A stretch of DNA of 64,000 nucleotides from the human T2T-CHM13v2.0 reference genome, Homo sapiens (GCF_009914755.1 NC_060947.1); one strand, 5' to 3'. Shown: positions 39,510-53,845, numbered from the stretch's first letter. The notes: generated by a model not told the origin, from the letters alone. Numbers and translations are program-made.

Positions 39510-42500
39510 GAGGTGAGGAGAGGGAGGATTTTGTCATGCATCTTGGATACTAGCTCAGCCACAGCAAGAAAGGGCACTGATCAGAGTTGTGAGGCCCCAT
39601 TCCAGGTACAAGCACCCAGGAGACATTTGTAGACACATCCCGGGTCAGAAAAGAAGCTGCTGTCTTGAAAGAAAGAACCCAGTCTTGCCAGCATTCATCA
39701 CCTTCTAATTGAAGAGCCCTTGATGCATGAATAATTATTAGTGCGACCCGGGTACTACTTTGAGGACCTCAGTGAGCCTCTGAAACATGCTGGCTTCAGG
39801 TACCAACACTGCCACAGGGAGGTAGAATACCAAGTATGCTCTGAAGTTTCCCAATTACAGAACTTGACTCTTGGGGCACATTTCTGGACCTATACTGGGC
39901 CAAAGGGGAGCCTACTGACCTGAAACGTGAGTCCCAGGCCAGGTGGCACTTACCACAATCTAACTTAAGAGTCTTTGGGGCTTAAGGGAACATTGGTGAT
40001 AGTCTGGCAGTACTTCTCATGGCCCAAGGTGGTGGTGGCAACAAGGCAAGGCTCCTCTGCCTCTGGTAAGAGAAAGAAAGAGTGGGTAGGACTGCATCTT
40101 GTGGTTTGAATGCCATCTCAGCTGAAATACAATAGAATACCAGGTAGACTTCTAAGGTTTTTTAATCTAGTCCCTGAGTCCCAGATGGCACTTCTGGATG
40201 CACCCAAGCCCTGGGGAACCTCGCTGCCCTGAAACAACTGACACAGGCATGACTGGCTTTACCATCTGATGATTGTAGAGCCCCAGGGCCTTGAGAAAAT
40301 ATAGGCAGTAGCCAGGGAGCATTTACAGCAAGCCTTGGGTGAGACCCAGTGCTGTGCTGGCTTCAGGTCTGACCCAGCACAGTCATAGTGGTGGCACAAA
40401 CAGGAGTGTTTGTGTCACTCCACCCCCAGGTTAGGTGGCTCAGAACAGAAAATAAGACTGTATATATTTCAGAGAAAGGAAGGGTAAAGGACAAGAGTCT
40501 CTGCCTGGCAATCAAGAGAAGTCTCCAGATCTTGTCCAAGTCCATCAAGGTGGTACCTCTGCAAGTCTACAAAAAACACAGCATTACTGGGCCTGGGTTG
40601 CCTTCTAAAGTAGAAACAACTTATATCAACACTTAAATCCTGGAAAGCCTTTCCAAGAAAGGTGGCTACCAGTAAGTCCAGACTGTGAAGACCATAATAG
40701 ATACCCAACTTTTCAATGCCCAGAAACTAAATACCATCTACTAGAATCAAAACCATGCATGAAAATGTGATCTTGCCAAATGAACTAAAGCCACCAGGAA
40801 GCAATACCGAAGAAAGCAAGATATGCAAACTTTCAGACAGAGAATTCAAAATAGCTGTGTTGAGGAGACTCAAAGAAATTCAAGATAACACACAGAAGAA
40901 ATTCAGAATTCTAACAGATTAATTTAAATCGTTAAAAAGAATCAAGCAGAAATTCTGGGGGTAATAAATCTAACTGGCATACTGAAGAATGCATCAAAGT
41001 CCCTTAATAGCAGAATGATTCAAGCAGAAGAAAAAATTAGTGAGCTTGAAGACAGGTTATTTGAAAATACAGAAATGAGACAAAACAAAAAAAAAGACTA
41101 AAAAACAATGAAGCACACCTATATGATGTAGAAAATAGCCTCAAAAGGGAAAATCTAAGAGGTATTGGCCTTAAAGAGAAGGTAGAGAAGGAGACAGAGG
41201 TAGAAATTTATTCAAAGGGATAATAACAGAGAACTTCTCCAACAGAGAGGAAAATATCAATATCATAGTATAAGAAGGTTATAGAACGCAAGGAAGATTT
41301 AACCCAAAGAAGACAACCTCAAAGCATTTGATATTCAAACTTTCAAAGCACAAGAAGAAAGAAAAGATTTTAAAAGCAGCAAGGGAGGAGAAACAAATAA
41401 CATACAATGGAGCTCCTATACATCTGGCAGCAGACCTTTCAATGGAAACCCTACTGGCCTGAAGGGAGTGACATAACATATTTAAAGTGGTGAGGAAAAA
41501 GGTACATTAAAATAGTATATTTGGTGAAAATATCTTTCAAACATGAAGGAGAAATAAGAACTTTTCCAGAAAAACAAAAGCAAAGGTATTTCATCAATAC
41601 CACACCTGACTTACAAGAAATGCTAAAGGGAATACTTCAATCAGAAAGAAAAGGACATTAATGAGCAATAAATAGTCACCTGAAGGTAAAAGACTCACTG
41701 GTAATGGTAAGTACACAGAAAACCAGAGAATATTATGACGCTGTAATGTGGTGTGTGAACTATTTTCCAAAATAGACAGACTAAATGATGAACAAATCAA
41801 AAATAATAACTACAGCTCTTCAAGACATAGTACAATAAGATATAAATAGAAACAACAAAAAGGTGAAAGGCAAGGGGACTAATTTGAGGTAAGTTTTTAT
41901 TGTTTTCTTTTTGATTGTTTGTTTATGTAAAAGGTGTTAATTTGCTATCAGGTTAAAATAATGGATTATAAAAAAGTATTTGCAAGCCTCATAGTTACCT
42001 TAAACCAAAAAGCATACAATGAATACACAAAAAGTAAAAAGCAAGAAACTAAATCATATTACCAGAGAAGACTATTTTCACTAGAGGAAGACAGGAATAA
42101 AAAAAATGAAGAGAAGACAACAAACAACTGGAAAACAAATTTTTAAAAATGGCAGGAATAAGTCCTTTCTTATCAATAATAACGTTGAATGTAAATAGAC
42201 TAAACTCTCCAATCAAAAGATATAGACTGGCTGAAAAGAAGAAAAAACAAAACCATTGATCTGTTGCCTACAAGACATACAGTTCACATACAAAGACACA
42301 CATGGACTGAAAAAAAATTTTTTTAAATTCCATTCCAAGGAAAACAAAGAAGAGCAGAAGTTATTATAATTATATAAGACAAAATATATTTCAAGAGAAA
42401 AACTGTAAGAAAAGACCTAGAAGGTTACTACACAATAACAACAGAGTAAACTCAGCAAGAGAATATAACAATCTTAAATATGCACCCAACACTGGAGCAC

Positions 42501-43845
42501 GCAGATATATAAAGAAAATATTATTAGAGGTAAACATAGAGATAAGCCCCTAATAAAATAGTAGCTGGAGGCTTCAACACCCCACTTTAAACGTTGGACT
42601 GATCTTCCACAGATAAAATCAACAAATAAACATGAAACTTAATCTGCACCATAGACCAAATGGATCTAATAGTTATTTATAGAACATTTCATCCAAAACC
42701 TGCAGAATACACATTCTTTTCCTCAGCCCACGAATTTTTCTCAATGATAGATCATATGTTAGGTCATAAACAAGTTTTAAAACATTCAATAAAATTAAAA
42801 TGACCTCAAGTATCTTCTCTAACCACAATAGAAATAAAACTAGAAATCAATAAAAAGAGGAATTTTGGAAACTATACAAATAAATGATAGTTAAACAATA
42901 TGCTTCTTAATGACCAGTTAATGAAGAAATTGAGAAGAAAATTGAAAAAAATTCTTGAAACAAATGATAATGAAAATACAACATATCAAAACTTATGGGA
43001 TACAGCAAAAGAAGTACCAATAGGAAAGTTTATAGCTATACGTGACCACATCAAAAAAGAGAAAAAAAACTTCAAATAAACAATCTAATGATGCGTCTTA
43101 AAGAAGTAGAAAGGCAAGAGAAAACTGAACCCAAAACTTAGAAGAAAATAAATAATAAAAATCAGAGAATAAATGAAATTGAAATAAAAAATAAAAGATC
43201 AATGAAACAAAAAGTTGGTTTCGTGAAAAGTTATACAAAATTGACCAACTTTTAGCCAGACTAAATAAGAAAAAGAGAAGATCTGAATAAATCAAGAAAA
43301 TCAGAAATTAAAGAGGAGACATTACAACTGATGCTGCAGAAATTCAAAGGATCATTAGAGGCTACTGTGAGCAACTATATGCCAATAATTTGGAAAATCC
43401 AGAAGAAGTGGACAAATTTCTATATACATATAACCTACCAGTATTGAAACACAAAGAAATCTAAAACTTGTATAGTCCAATAAAAATTAAAAAGATCAAA
43501 GCCTTAATAAAAAGTCTTCCAGTAAAGAAAAGCAGAGGGCCTGAAGTTCACTGCTGAATTCTATCAAATATTTAAAGAACTAATACCAATCCTACTCAAA
43601 ATATTCTGAAAAATAGAGGAGAAGACAATGCTTCCAAACTCATTCTATAAGGCCAGAATTACCCAGATACCAAAAGCAGACAAAAACACATCAAAAAAAG
43701 AAACCTACAGGCCAATATCTCTGATAAATATTGATGCAAAAATGTTCAAAGAAAGACTAGCAAACCAAATTCAACAATACATCAGAAAGATCATTCATCA
43801 TAACAAAGTGGGATTTATCCCTGGGATGCAAGGTGGTTGAATATA
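39510..43845 (+). mobile_element. Second L1M1/L1MA-type element: partial 5' UTR, ORF1, ORF2 N-terminal half; 3' part missing
   Basis: Homologous along its length to 24665-28550. ORF 43628..43840 [36 protein letters not shown] is L1 ORF2. Confidence 0.92.
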
Positions 43846-44517
43846 CACTCCATTGCTTTTTATTCTTTGTGTGTGTGTGTCCTCTAACTGTGTATTTCCA
43901 AATAGCCTGCCTTCATGTTCACTAATTTTTTATTCGGCTTAATCCATTCTGCTCTTAAAGGGCTCCAATACCTTTTTCAGCAGGCCAATTGTATTTTTCA
44001 GCTCCAGAATTTCTACTTGATATATTTTAAGTATATCAAGCTCTTTGTTAAATTTGTCTGATAGAATCGTGAATTCCTTCTCTGTGTTATCTTAAATTTC
44101 TCTTTCAACAACGTGACTATTTTGAACCTTCTGTCTGAAAAGTCACATATCTCTGTTTCTCTAGGAGGATTGGTCCCTGATGGCTTATTTAGTTTATTTG
44201 GTGAGATCATGTTTTCCTGAATGGTGTTGATGCTAGTAGATGTTTGTCAGTGTTTGGACATTGAAGGGCTAGGTATCTGTTGTTGTCTTCACAGTCTGGG
44301 CCTATTCGTAGCCATCCTTCTTGGGAAGGCTTTCAAAATATTTCAAAAAACTTGGGTGTTGTGATCTACTCTTTATCTGCTTTAGGTTGAAACCCAAGAC
44401 CACTAACTCTGTGGATCTTGCAGACTCATAGCCTTGGTTGTCTTGAACAAGATTTGGGAGATCTCTAGATTACCATGCAGAGACTCCTGTTCTCTTCCCT
44501 TATTTTCTTCCAAACAT

Positions 44518-44548
<31 letters not shown>

Positions 44549-46162
44549 GTTCTAAGCCAGCTAAAGCTGGGGATGTAGTGATGCAAGCACCCCTGTGGCC
44601 ATCACCACTATGACTGCACTGGGTTAGACCTGAAGCCAGCATAGTCCTTCGTCTCACCCAAGGCCTGCTGAAACTACTCTCTGGCTACTGCCTATGTTCA
44701 TTCAAGGCCCTGGGGCTCTACAATTATCAGGTGGCAAAGCCAGCCAGGCTTGTGTTCTTCCCTTCAAGGCAGTGAGGTCCCCCAAGCCCTGGGTAGGTCC
44801 TGAAGTATCATCTGTGAGTCAGGGTCTACCGTCATTGACTTTAGAAGTCTACTTGGTATTCTACTCTATTGCATTTGAGCTGGTACACAAGCCGCAAGAC
44901 ACATTTTTCTCTCTGTCTTCCCTCTCCTTTATAAAGAAAGAGGAGCCTCACCCTGTAGCCACCACTACCTCAGGCTATGAAGAGTACTGCCAGAGTACCA
45001 CTATGTTGCCTTTGTCTCAAGGTCTCTGAATTCAGCTTGTTGTGAATGCTTCCAGGACTAGGACTCACCCTTTGGGGCAATGGGCTCCCTTCTGGCCCAG
45101 GGTAGGTTCAGAAATGCCATACAAAAGTCAAGTGCTGGAATTGGGGACCCCAAAAGCCTGTTTGGTGCTCTACCCTCCTGTTGGCATCCTGGTACCTGAA
45201 ACCAGGAAGTCTCAAGAGGCTCATCCAAAGCCCTTAATGTACCTGGGTGTTGTGGCTGTTTATTCAGGTCCCACGTTAGCAGGTGATAAATGCTGACAGG
45301 ACTGGCTTAATTTTTTCGGAGAAACTGTTTCCCTTCTGAACCAGGGTATATCTAAAAATGTCATCTAGGAACCAGGGCCTGGAACAAGGGCTTTAGGACT
45401 CTGACCAGTGCCCTATTCTGCTATGGCTGAGCTGGTATCCTACATGTAAGACAAAGTCCTCTTCACTCTTATCCCTCCTCTCCTTAAGCAGAAGGAAGGG
45501 TTCTCTTTTGGAGCCATGAGCTCTGCAGCCTGGGCTTAGGGGAGGGGTGATGCCAGCACTTCTTTTGATGCCCCAGCTGGTGCATCAGTGTGTCATGTGC
45601 CCCACCCCCCAGTCCACTGTCTCTGGGCCTAATTCAGCCCTAGGACTCACCTAAGAGTTGTAGTCCTTATGGCCTAGACTGCTTTTCCAGTTTACTTGGA
45701 GACACAGAGTGCTGTAGCCATGGATGGCAATGTTTACAGGCACTCACGTTTGTACCACTGAAATTGGTGATTCCCCTCTGGCTACAGCTGGTTTAAATGC
45801 TCCCTCTGTGGGCCAGCATCAGCTGAGTTTGGTCCTGGTTTCCTTTCTGTTCTAACAGAACAGCACTGACTGAGTTCAATGCCTCATAATTGCTGTGTTC
45901 TCCCTCCCCCAGCACCCAGAGAATCTCTCTGCACCACGTATTCCAGCTGGAGGTGGCGTCAGCAATTCTGGACTGCTTTTTCTATCTTTTCAGTGCCTCA
46001 TTCAGTGATGTCAAGTTAAAACCAGAAACGATGGGTGTTCACCAGATTTTTGGTTCTTATGAAGGTAAACATCTTCTATGTACATAGTTGTTAACTTGGT
46101 GTCCTTGTAGGGAGGACGATTGGTGGAGCTTTCTATTCCACCAACTTGCTTCAGCCTCCCTC
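43846..46162 (-). mobile_element. Third L1M1/L1MA-type element: complete 5' UTR and start of ORF1
   Basis: Minus strand starts GGGAGGCTGAAGCAAGTTGGTGGAATAGAAAGCTCCACC (degenerate L1 5' terminus). ORF1 peptide GTNPPRETEICDFSDRRFKI. Confidence 0.9.
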
Positions 46163-46332
46163 TCTTTGTCATGTACCTTTATAATACTCATTTTGTTCAT
46201 GGTGTCTCTTAACTCACTTGTTACAGATCATGTCCTCTGAACTTTTGAATTGTTTAATACTAAGTGTATCTTCGGCAAGAAACATACATTTTTGGGTGTG
46301 TTGTAGTCCCGTGTGCTCTAGTGTGTAAATGT

Positions 46333-47078
46333 TGTTGCTGGTTGTGTTTTCTGTGAAGCAGAATCTAAAACTATTCAGCCATAAATAATAATAATAATAA
46401 TAAAAATCATGTCTTTTGCAGGGACATGGATGGAGCTGGAAACACTTATGCTCAGCAAACTAATGCAGGAACAGAAAACCAAGAACCACATATTCTCACT
46501 TATAAGTGGGAGCTAAACAATGAGAAAACATGGACACATGTGGGGGAACAAAACATACCGGGGCCTGTTGCAGAAGCAGGCAGGGTGAGGGAGAGCATCG
46601 GGAAGAACAGCTAATGGATGCTGGGCTTAATACCTAGGTGATGGGTTGATCTGTGCAGCACATCACCGTGGCACATGTTTACCTATGTCACAAACCTGCA
46701 CATCCTGCACCTGTACCCCTGAACTTAAAAGTTGAAGAAGAAAAAATAAATTTGCATATAGTAATTTTTAGGATACACTGTTAGGGTCAATACATTTCAT
46801 ACGGTTTTAACGTATGGCTCATCTTACCCTACAAGGAATATTGGAAAATTGTCTGGGGGCAAAAGAGCCTGACCTTTGTGCTGTCATGTTGACAAGTCTT
46901 GTGAGGAAAGCGGCCCTGGAAAGGCACGTGCCTCTGTGCAAATTACTTTCCAGCAGAGGTAATTCCCATAGAGGCTAATAGTTAAAGGCTTTATGCCAAG
47001 CCTCACTCCACACAGCTAGAGGAAAGAAGTGCCTCATTTATTTAGGAAAATCTGGGTGAATCATCAAGGCATTCACCA
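46333..47078 (-). mobile_element. LTR33-like ERVL LTR interrupted by an L1PA fragment
   Basis: GGTTGTGTTTTCTGTGAAGCAGAATCT at the left end and CACTCCACACAGCTAG..ATCTGGGTG..CATTCACCA at the right resemble the LTR33 reverse complement. Confidence 0.6.
46371..46750 (+). mobile_element. L1PA (L1PA12-14-like) 3' fragment
   Basis: CATGGATGGAGCTGG..CTCACTTATAAGTGGGAGCTAAAC..AAACCTGCACATCCTGCAC..GAACTTAAAAGTTG plus A-rich tail. Confidence 0.9.
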
Positions 47079-48251
47079 GTTTTCACATTTGCTTATGGTT
47101 GTTTTGCCCTCAGTGTTTTCATGTTCATTTATTGGCCTCAGGATTCCTGCACCAGATGAGTGATATAAAATTGAATCCATATGCCCATTTGGTGCATACC
47201 TTGGACATTGCTTTAACTTTTACACAGAATATGTTTTTGTTTGTTAGCTTGTTTCTAGAAGTTCCAGGAAGAGAAACAAATTTCATATAGCTTCTTTACA
47301 CCAAGGAGAAAAATCTTTCCCATTTTTTTCAATTGAAGGGTCAGCTTGTTCAGGGTCCCAGATTTGTGCTATTTCAAAGATAAATCCCTGATTTACCTTG
47401 ATGAAAGCCAGATATCTTATCTCCACATAGGTATTAGCCCCTATCACCTAAGTCTATACCATATTCAGTAGAATTTCCCTTGATCGCTTAGAGATTTTTT
47501 TTTCTGTCATCTGAGGATTTGCCTTTCTTTCGAGCAGATATATTTTTAAGCATTTTGATCACATAGAAGAAACATTTGTAAATATTTTAGCATGCAGTGT
47601 TGTCCACCTTGGCTCTGTCCACAGTTTTTTGAAACAAAATTCTCCAAAATGTTTCCAATTCTCTATAGCATGGTAAAATGTTACATTAACTTTTCTTCCT
47701 TCTTTTTGTCAATAAAGCCATGTTGACAATTTAACTATGTGCCTGGAGCTAGAATATAAAATTTATAACATCAGGTCTTTATCTTAGGTTTTTAATCAAT
47801 TTTGGATCCTTTTGTAGAGAAGCTCGATATTCTCAACTAAATATCGTAATAGTATATTTGAATCTAATCGTGTACACTATTGTGGTCATGCTTATAAAGT
47901 TTCTTGACTTGACCTAATAAAAAGACTGATTATATGCACTAAAGTACAAATAGTTATTTTATCCATGTTAGATCATTACCTCATAAATTGAACATAATTA
48001 TTAGTAATAAAATATCTTTAACTTATAAATACACATATGTATATGTAGATTCTCTCTATATGTAGACTCTCCAGTACACAGTCAAAATGAAAGAACAATT
48101 GAAACCCAAAACATGTATCATCTCTCTGAAGCAGTTAAAGATGTGTTCTGGCAATTTGAGGTCTAAGCAAACAATGATGAGGCTGGTAATGGGAAAATTA
48201 ATAACGGGGCTTTTAAGTAATTTTTGAACTTTCTATGCCCTTGAGTTATTT

Positions 48252-48392
48252 TAATAATGATGATGATGATATTTTAGAGATGCTGTCTTATTCTGCTACT
48301 CAAGCTGGCCTTGCATTCTGGGGCTCTAGCTATCTTCCAGCCTCAGCCCCCTGAGTAGCTGGGACTATAGGTGCATGTCACTGTGCCCTGAC
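48252..48392 (-). mobile_element. FLAM_A-like Alu monomer with a (TGA)n-degenerated tail
   Basis: CAGCCTCAGCCCCCTGAGTAGCTGGGACTATAGGTGCATG, monomer length. Confidence 0.75.
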
Positions 48393-48724
48393 CCTGAGCC
48401 ATTTTACTTGTATTGATACTTGAGAGCTGATTCACATGAGATTATGTGTTTTAACCATGGGTGACATAAATAGATAAGAGATACTAAACATCACAGTTTA
48501 AGTTGATTATATATTAGTATTAAAATTATATATATATAATTCATTTTAATGGATTATATTTTAAATAGCGATTTGTTAACAGCAATTTGCCAATATATTT
48601 TTATTAAAACATAATGCTACTTTTAAAATATAATTGTATATTCCTTACCTATTTTATATTTGAAAAAAATACTTTCTATAGTATGAATACCTAGGCATTA
48701 TTTATTTATGGAGAAGAGATCTAG

Positions 48725-49089
<365 letters not shown>

Positions 49090-49469
49090 GTTTCTCAGTA
49101 GCAAGGATATAAAACATACTACCAAAAATGTTAAAACAACACCAAAGTTAGTGCATATGAATCAATGTGAAGATGCTATATACATAAGATTCAGAATTTG
49201 ATGGGAAGTATATGAGAAGCTGGGGGAAATAAGCTCCTTTGTATGTTGTTACTCTATCACTTTCAAGGTATATGTAGGTCCAAAGTATCCTTTTTAAAGT
49301 AATAAAATGAAGATTCATCTTTAAAAGGAAATACATCTTTCCTAAGAGCACAAATATTTATATGGCTAAAAAAGATCTTATTCAGTATTCTGGAAATGGC
49401 TACTGATGAAGACCAAATGGATAATGCTTGTAGTGGATGGCATTCTATAGACATCTTTAAATTCATTGT

Positions 49470-49770
49470 CCAAAACTAAATTGCCTTTCTTTTCCTAGAA
49501 GCCTCCTCTTCCTGTATTCCACATGTCATGTAAATGAAATAATGATACTTTTTGTAACAAATTAAAATATTGTTTCTCCCTTCCTTCTTTTATCCTTATA
49601 TCCAATGTTCCACCAATTCCTATTGGTTCTATGTCTCTAGTTAATTTCTCAAACCTATAGCTTTCTCTTTATCCCTGTCATCTTCACTTTAGGCCTAATC
49701 CCACCATTTTCTTCTACTTCTTACCAGGGCCACTGGGATATTTTCCCAAGTTACTTCCTTTCTAGATTAT
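49470..49770 (+). mobile_element. L2 fragment
   Basis: CATCTTTAAATTCATTGTCCAAAACTAAAT..CTCTTCCTGTATTCC, pyrimidine-rich L2 pattern. Confidence 0.55.
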
Positions 49771-49847
49771 GAGAGCTTTTTTTCCTTTTGATTTCTGTTT
49801 TGGTTATCTTGCATTTAAATACATTATACTATATGTAATAAGAATCT

Positions 49848-50600
49848 TTTTAAAAAATATCTTTACTGAGATATAATTCACATACCAAAAGCTCACACTT
49901 TAAAGTCACAATTCAGTCATTTCAGCATATTTATGGATTTATGTAATAATTACCTTTATCTAATCTACAATATTTTCATCACCATGGAAAGAAAACCCAT
50001 ACCCATACCCATTAGCAGTCATTTTCCATTTTCCCCTCATCCCAGCCCTTGGCAACCATGAATATACTTTTTGTCTTATAGATTTGCCTATTCTGGATAT
50101 TTCTTACATATGAAACCTACAGTATGTGGGCATTTCTGACTGGTTTCTTTCACTTATTATAATGTTTTCACGGTTTATTCACGCTGTAGCATGTATCAGT
50201 AATTTATTTCATTTTTGTGGCTGAGCAATATGGTATTCTATGGCTTTACCACATTTTGTTTGTCCATTCATTCATCAGTAGATATTTGAGTGGTTTCTCC
50301 TTTTTATTATTATGAGTAATACTGGTATAAGCATTCATGTAAAACTTTTTGTGTGGACAGAATATTTTCATTTTCATTTCTTGGTCATAACATAACTCTA
50401 TGTTAAATTTTTTGAGGAACTTACAGAATTTTTTCTGGACTGGCTGCACAACTTTACGTTTTCACCATCAGCGCATGAGGGTTTTACTTTCTGCCATCCT
50501 TGTCAACACTTGTTACCATCTATCCTTTTCATTCTAGCCATCATAGTGGAGGTAAATTGGTATATATTTATGGTTTCGATTTGCAGTTCCCAAATGACAT
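49848..50600 (-). mobile_element. L1MB 3' fragment
   Basis: CTTTACTGAGATATAATTCACATACC..CCCATTAGCAGTC..CCCAGCCCTTGGCAACCA..GATTTGCCTATTCTGGA. Confidence 0.9.
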
Positions 50601-52280
50601 TAGCATTCCTTAAATGCCTGTCAGAAGAATGAGTAAATGAAAAAATATTGTTTGATACTATTTAATATACCATTTTAAGTTGAAACACTATAACCAAGTT
50701 TCTATCAACTTTTAAAAAACTCCTTAGATAATATTAATTTTATGATTAGTATCTATATTATTTCTTTCCTAATTGTATTTTCTAATGTCATTTGCTCAAT
50801 AATGGTGTTCTGAGAGGTACACAAAGAAGTAACTCTTAAAGGCATAGTTGTACTACCTACAATTTGAAACAGGTATAAGTTTATGTGGTAATTCTCTCTG
50901 TGCACATTTTCCCCAGTCATCATTGCCATTAACTTCAAAATGCTGTAGGTTAGAGACTGACAGTAAAATAGAGAAGTTAAACTCTGAGTATTTTCTTTTT
51001 TGTTTGTTTTCTTTAGTCTCTGCTCTATCATAAGTTGGTATTTTTTAAACTCATAAAAAACAAAAACTCAAACCCAAGACAGAACAGTTAACAAATTAGT
51101 CTCTCACACATTGAAATTTGCAAGACATTTAGAAAACAATGTGACATCAGTGTGATGCTATAAATTATAATAAAAGCTATCAGTAATATGTGTGTCATAG
51201 AAACAGCTTCAAAACCTAGAATTTATATTGTATTCCATATGGCTATTTTTAGGAAATAAGCCTGACATCCTTGCATTTTAAAAAATCCTGTTTACCATCT
51301 GAATCTTCAAAGTTAGAAACTGTGTTACTCTGACAGTAATATTAGTAAAAATTAAGTAGAGAAATCCAGGTTTCAGATGATCTGGTTGTTAACAAATACC
51401 AAATTTGGTTATTTTACTTGCTGTTTTCCGTTTTTTAAAGAAACAGTTGGAGACAAGCAATAATATCAAACAAGACGAGGGCCCATAGTATTATGTAAAA
51501 ATCTCATTAAAAAATTATAATATTCTGAATTTTTGTACTCTAAGAATTAAAACCTTAAAGCTAGGCATTCTTGAAATCTTGATGAATTTTATACTCTAGG
51601 GAAACAATTAGTTAACTATCAGAATTAAAAAAAAAAAACTCATATAACAGTATGTTATGCTATTCTGCCTAAAACTATTCTAGAGCTGAATAAGACCTAA
51701 GATTTTAATTTTTAATTAGGTAGAAAACTGTTTATTACCTGTTTAGCAACAGTCTCAGAAATTTAAAAACAGTGAAAATAACTCATGTTTATTCGTGCCA
51801 ATGAATTTTAGCTAAAGTATAATTTAGTAAGTTGTTTTCAAATCTAGCGACTTAAGTAAAACTGATGGACATAAAATTATACTAATAAATGTTATGAGAC
51901 AACCAATCATTATTTTCATTTGAGAGCAGAATACTAGAATTTACTGGAATTTGACTATTTATACAAGATGGTTTACCTTAGATTCTTGGAAGATCATCAG
52001 CACCGGCAATGTTCATGTACATAAACTTCATCACTTACTCATTTGTGTGGAAGCCATAGAATCTGTTTGGCTTAACACTTCTGTGGGTGAGCAAGTAAAA
52101 AAGTAGAATAAAAACATTGTTTAAAACTTGGGATGTTTGCCTAGATACTTGGCCAAGTTTTTCCTACCTACCAGCAAAATAATATAGACAGGAAAAAGTA
52201 ATATTCCATTAAATTGTTGTAACCACCCTTTTTACATATAATTTACAGCCTCACTAGAAAATCTTTATTGAATATCTACC

Positions 52281-52840
52281 TGTATTAGTCAAGGTTCTCT
52301 AGAGGCACAGAACTAAGAAGATATATTTATATATGAAAGGGAGTTTATTAAAGAGAATTGACTCACAGTCACGAGGTAAAGTCTCACAATAGGCTGTCTG
52401 CAAGTTGAGGAGCAAGGAAGCCAGTGGTGGATCAGTCTGAGTCCCAAAACCTCAAAAGTAGGGAAGCTGATAGTGCCGCCTTCAGTCTGTGGCCAAAGGC
52501 CCTGGAGCCCCTGGAAAATACTGGTTAAGTCCAAAAGTCTAAAAACTGAAGAACCTGGAGTCTGATGTTCTAGGGCAGGAAGCATCCAGCATGGGGAAAA
52601 GATGAATGCCAGAAGACTCAGCAAATCGGCTCCTTCCAATTTCTTCTGCCTGCTTAATTCTAGCCATGCTGGCAGCTGATCACACGGTGCACACCCAGAT
52701 TGAGGGTGGGTCTGCCTCTCCCAGTCCACTTACTCAAATGTTAATCTCTTTTGGCAGCACCCTCACAGACACACCCAGGAACAATCCTTTGCATCCTTCA
52801 ATTCAATCAAGTTGACACTCAATATTAACCATCCATCACA
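52281..52840 (-). mobile_element. MLT2A (MLT2A2-like) HERV-L solo LTR with perfect 5-bp TSD
   Basis: TG...CA termini. Minus-strand GGTTAATATTGAGTGTCAACTTGATTG start motif. TSD CTACC at 52276-52280 and 52841-52845. Confidence 0.95.
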
Positions 52841-52994
52841 CTACCCTTTCTTCAAAGTACTGTTTGTGGATATTTGCATAATTAATATTACTAAATATTA
52901 AACTTGGTAATTTCTAAACCATGAATACTTATTATTGTCAAGTTAATTAATTGGGGTCAGATTTCTAATAGTAACTTCAATAAAAGGCAACGTG

Positions 52995-53130
52995 CAGCTG
53001 CAGGGCAGTGGAAAGAGCACTCGAGAAGCAGTTAGGCCTAGAATTGACTCCTAGCTCTGCTAGTAAATGTACATCTTGGAAAAACTTTGTTTAATATAGA
53101 CCTTGTTTTCTTCACCTCTAAGGTAAGAGA
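52995..53130 (+). mobile_element. MIR fragment
   Basis: CAGTGGAAAGAGCAC..CCTAGCTCTGC..CATCTTGGAAAA..TTTTCTTCACCTCTAA core pattern. Confidence 0.65.
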
Positions 53131-53539
53131 ACCATATCCTTTCATATCCTTTTCAATTTCTATATTATGGAGTCTATGAAAGGAGTGTACTCAGAAGTCT
53201 CACGAGTGTTCAATTGCACACTTGTCTTTACAAGGACGTTTACCTTTAATAAAAACTTCACAATATGCTAATTTATAGAAAGGCAAGAGATGTTACTTAA
53301 ACTATAAAATTCTTTCACAATATAAATGGAAATAAGACTATAATAAATATATTTATTAATGTTTATTAATATATATTTTCTCTTTTCCAGTGACTTAATT
53401 TGCTTTGTTGTTGGACACATCTGGTGGTCTATCTGCCACTATCTTCCATGCTCAATCTTCACAAGGAAAGTATCCTTAGCTTCACAGTGGTTTGGTCATC
53501 ATATTTCCTGGCTCTCAGTGTTTTAGATACATGATAAGA

Positions 53540-53845
53540 TTGCACATTTAGGTCCAACGCGGTTGTGTGAAGTCACATGACTAATTGTGGTCAATTAATT
53601 GTGAGCAGATGTAACTTACAAATTGAGTATTTAATTGCCAATAATCCAGCACTCTCTTTTCCAACTGGTACATGACAGACAATGCTTAAGATAGAGACTC
53701 CTCTGTCAGTCTCATACCTGAGTGACCATGAAGAACAGGGACAACCCTGGATATGATATATAATAATAAAAAAATGCATTCCTTTCTGCCACTGAAACTT
53801 TGTGATTCCTTGCACAATATAATTTAGCTTGCCTCCATTAACACA
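53540..53845 (+). mobile_element. Old MaLR LTR fragment (MLT1I/J/K-like)
   Basis: CCTGAGTGACCATGAAG..GCCACTGAAACTTTG..TAGCTTGCC..TAACACA 3'-end pattern. Confidence 0.5.

Noticed and set aside
52313-52729. 138-aa ORF as a novel gene
   Set aside because: It lies entirely within the MLT2A LTR and has no recognisable domain.
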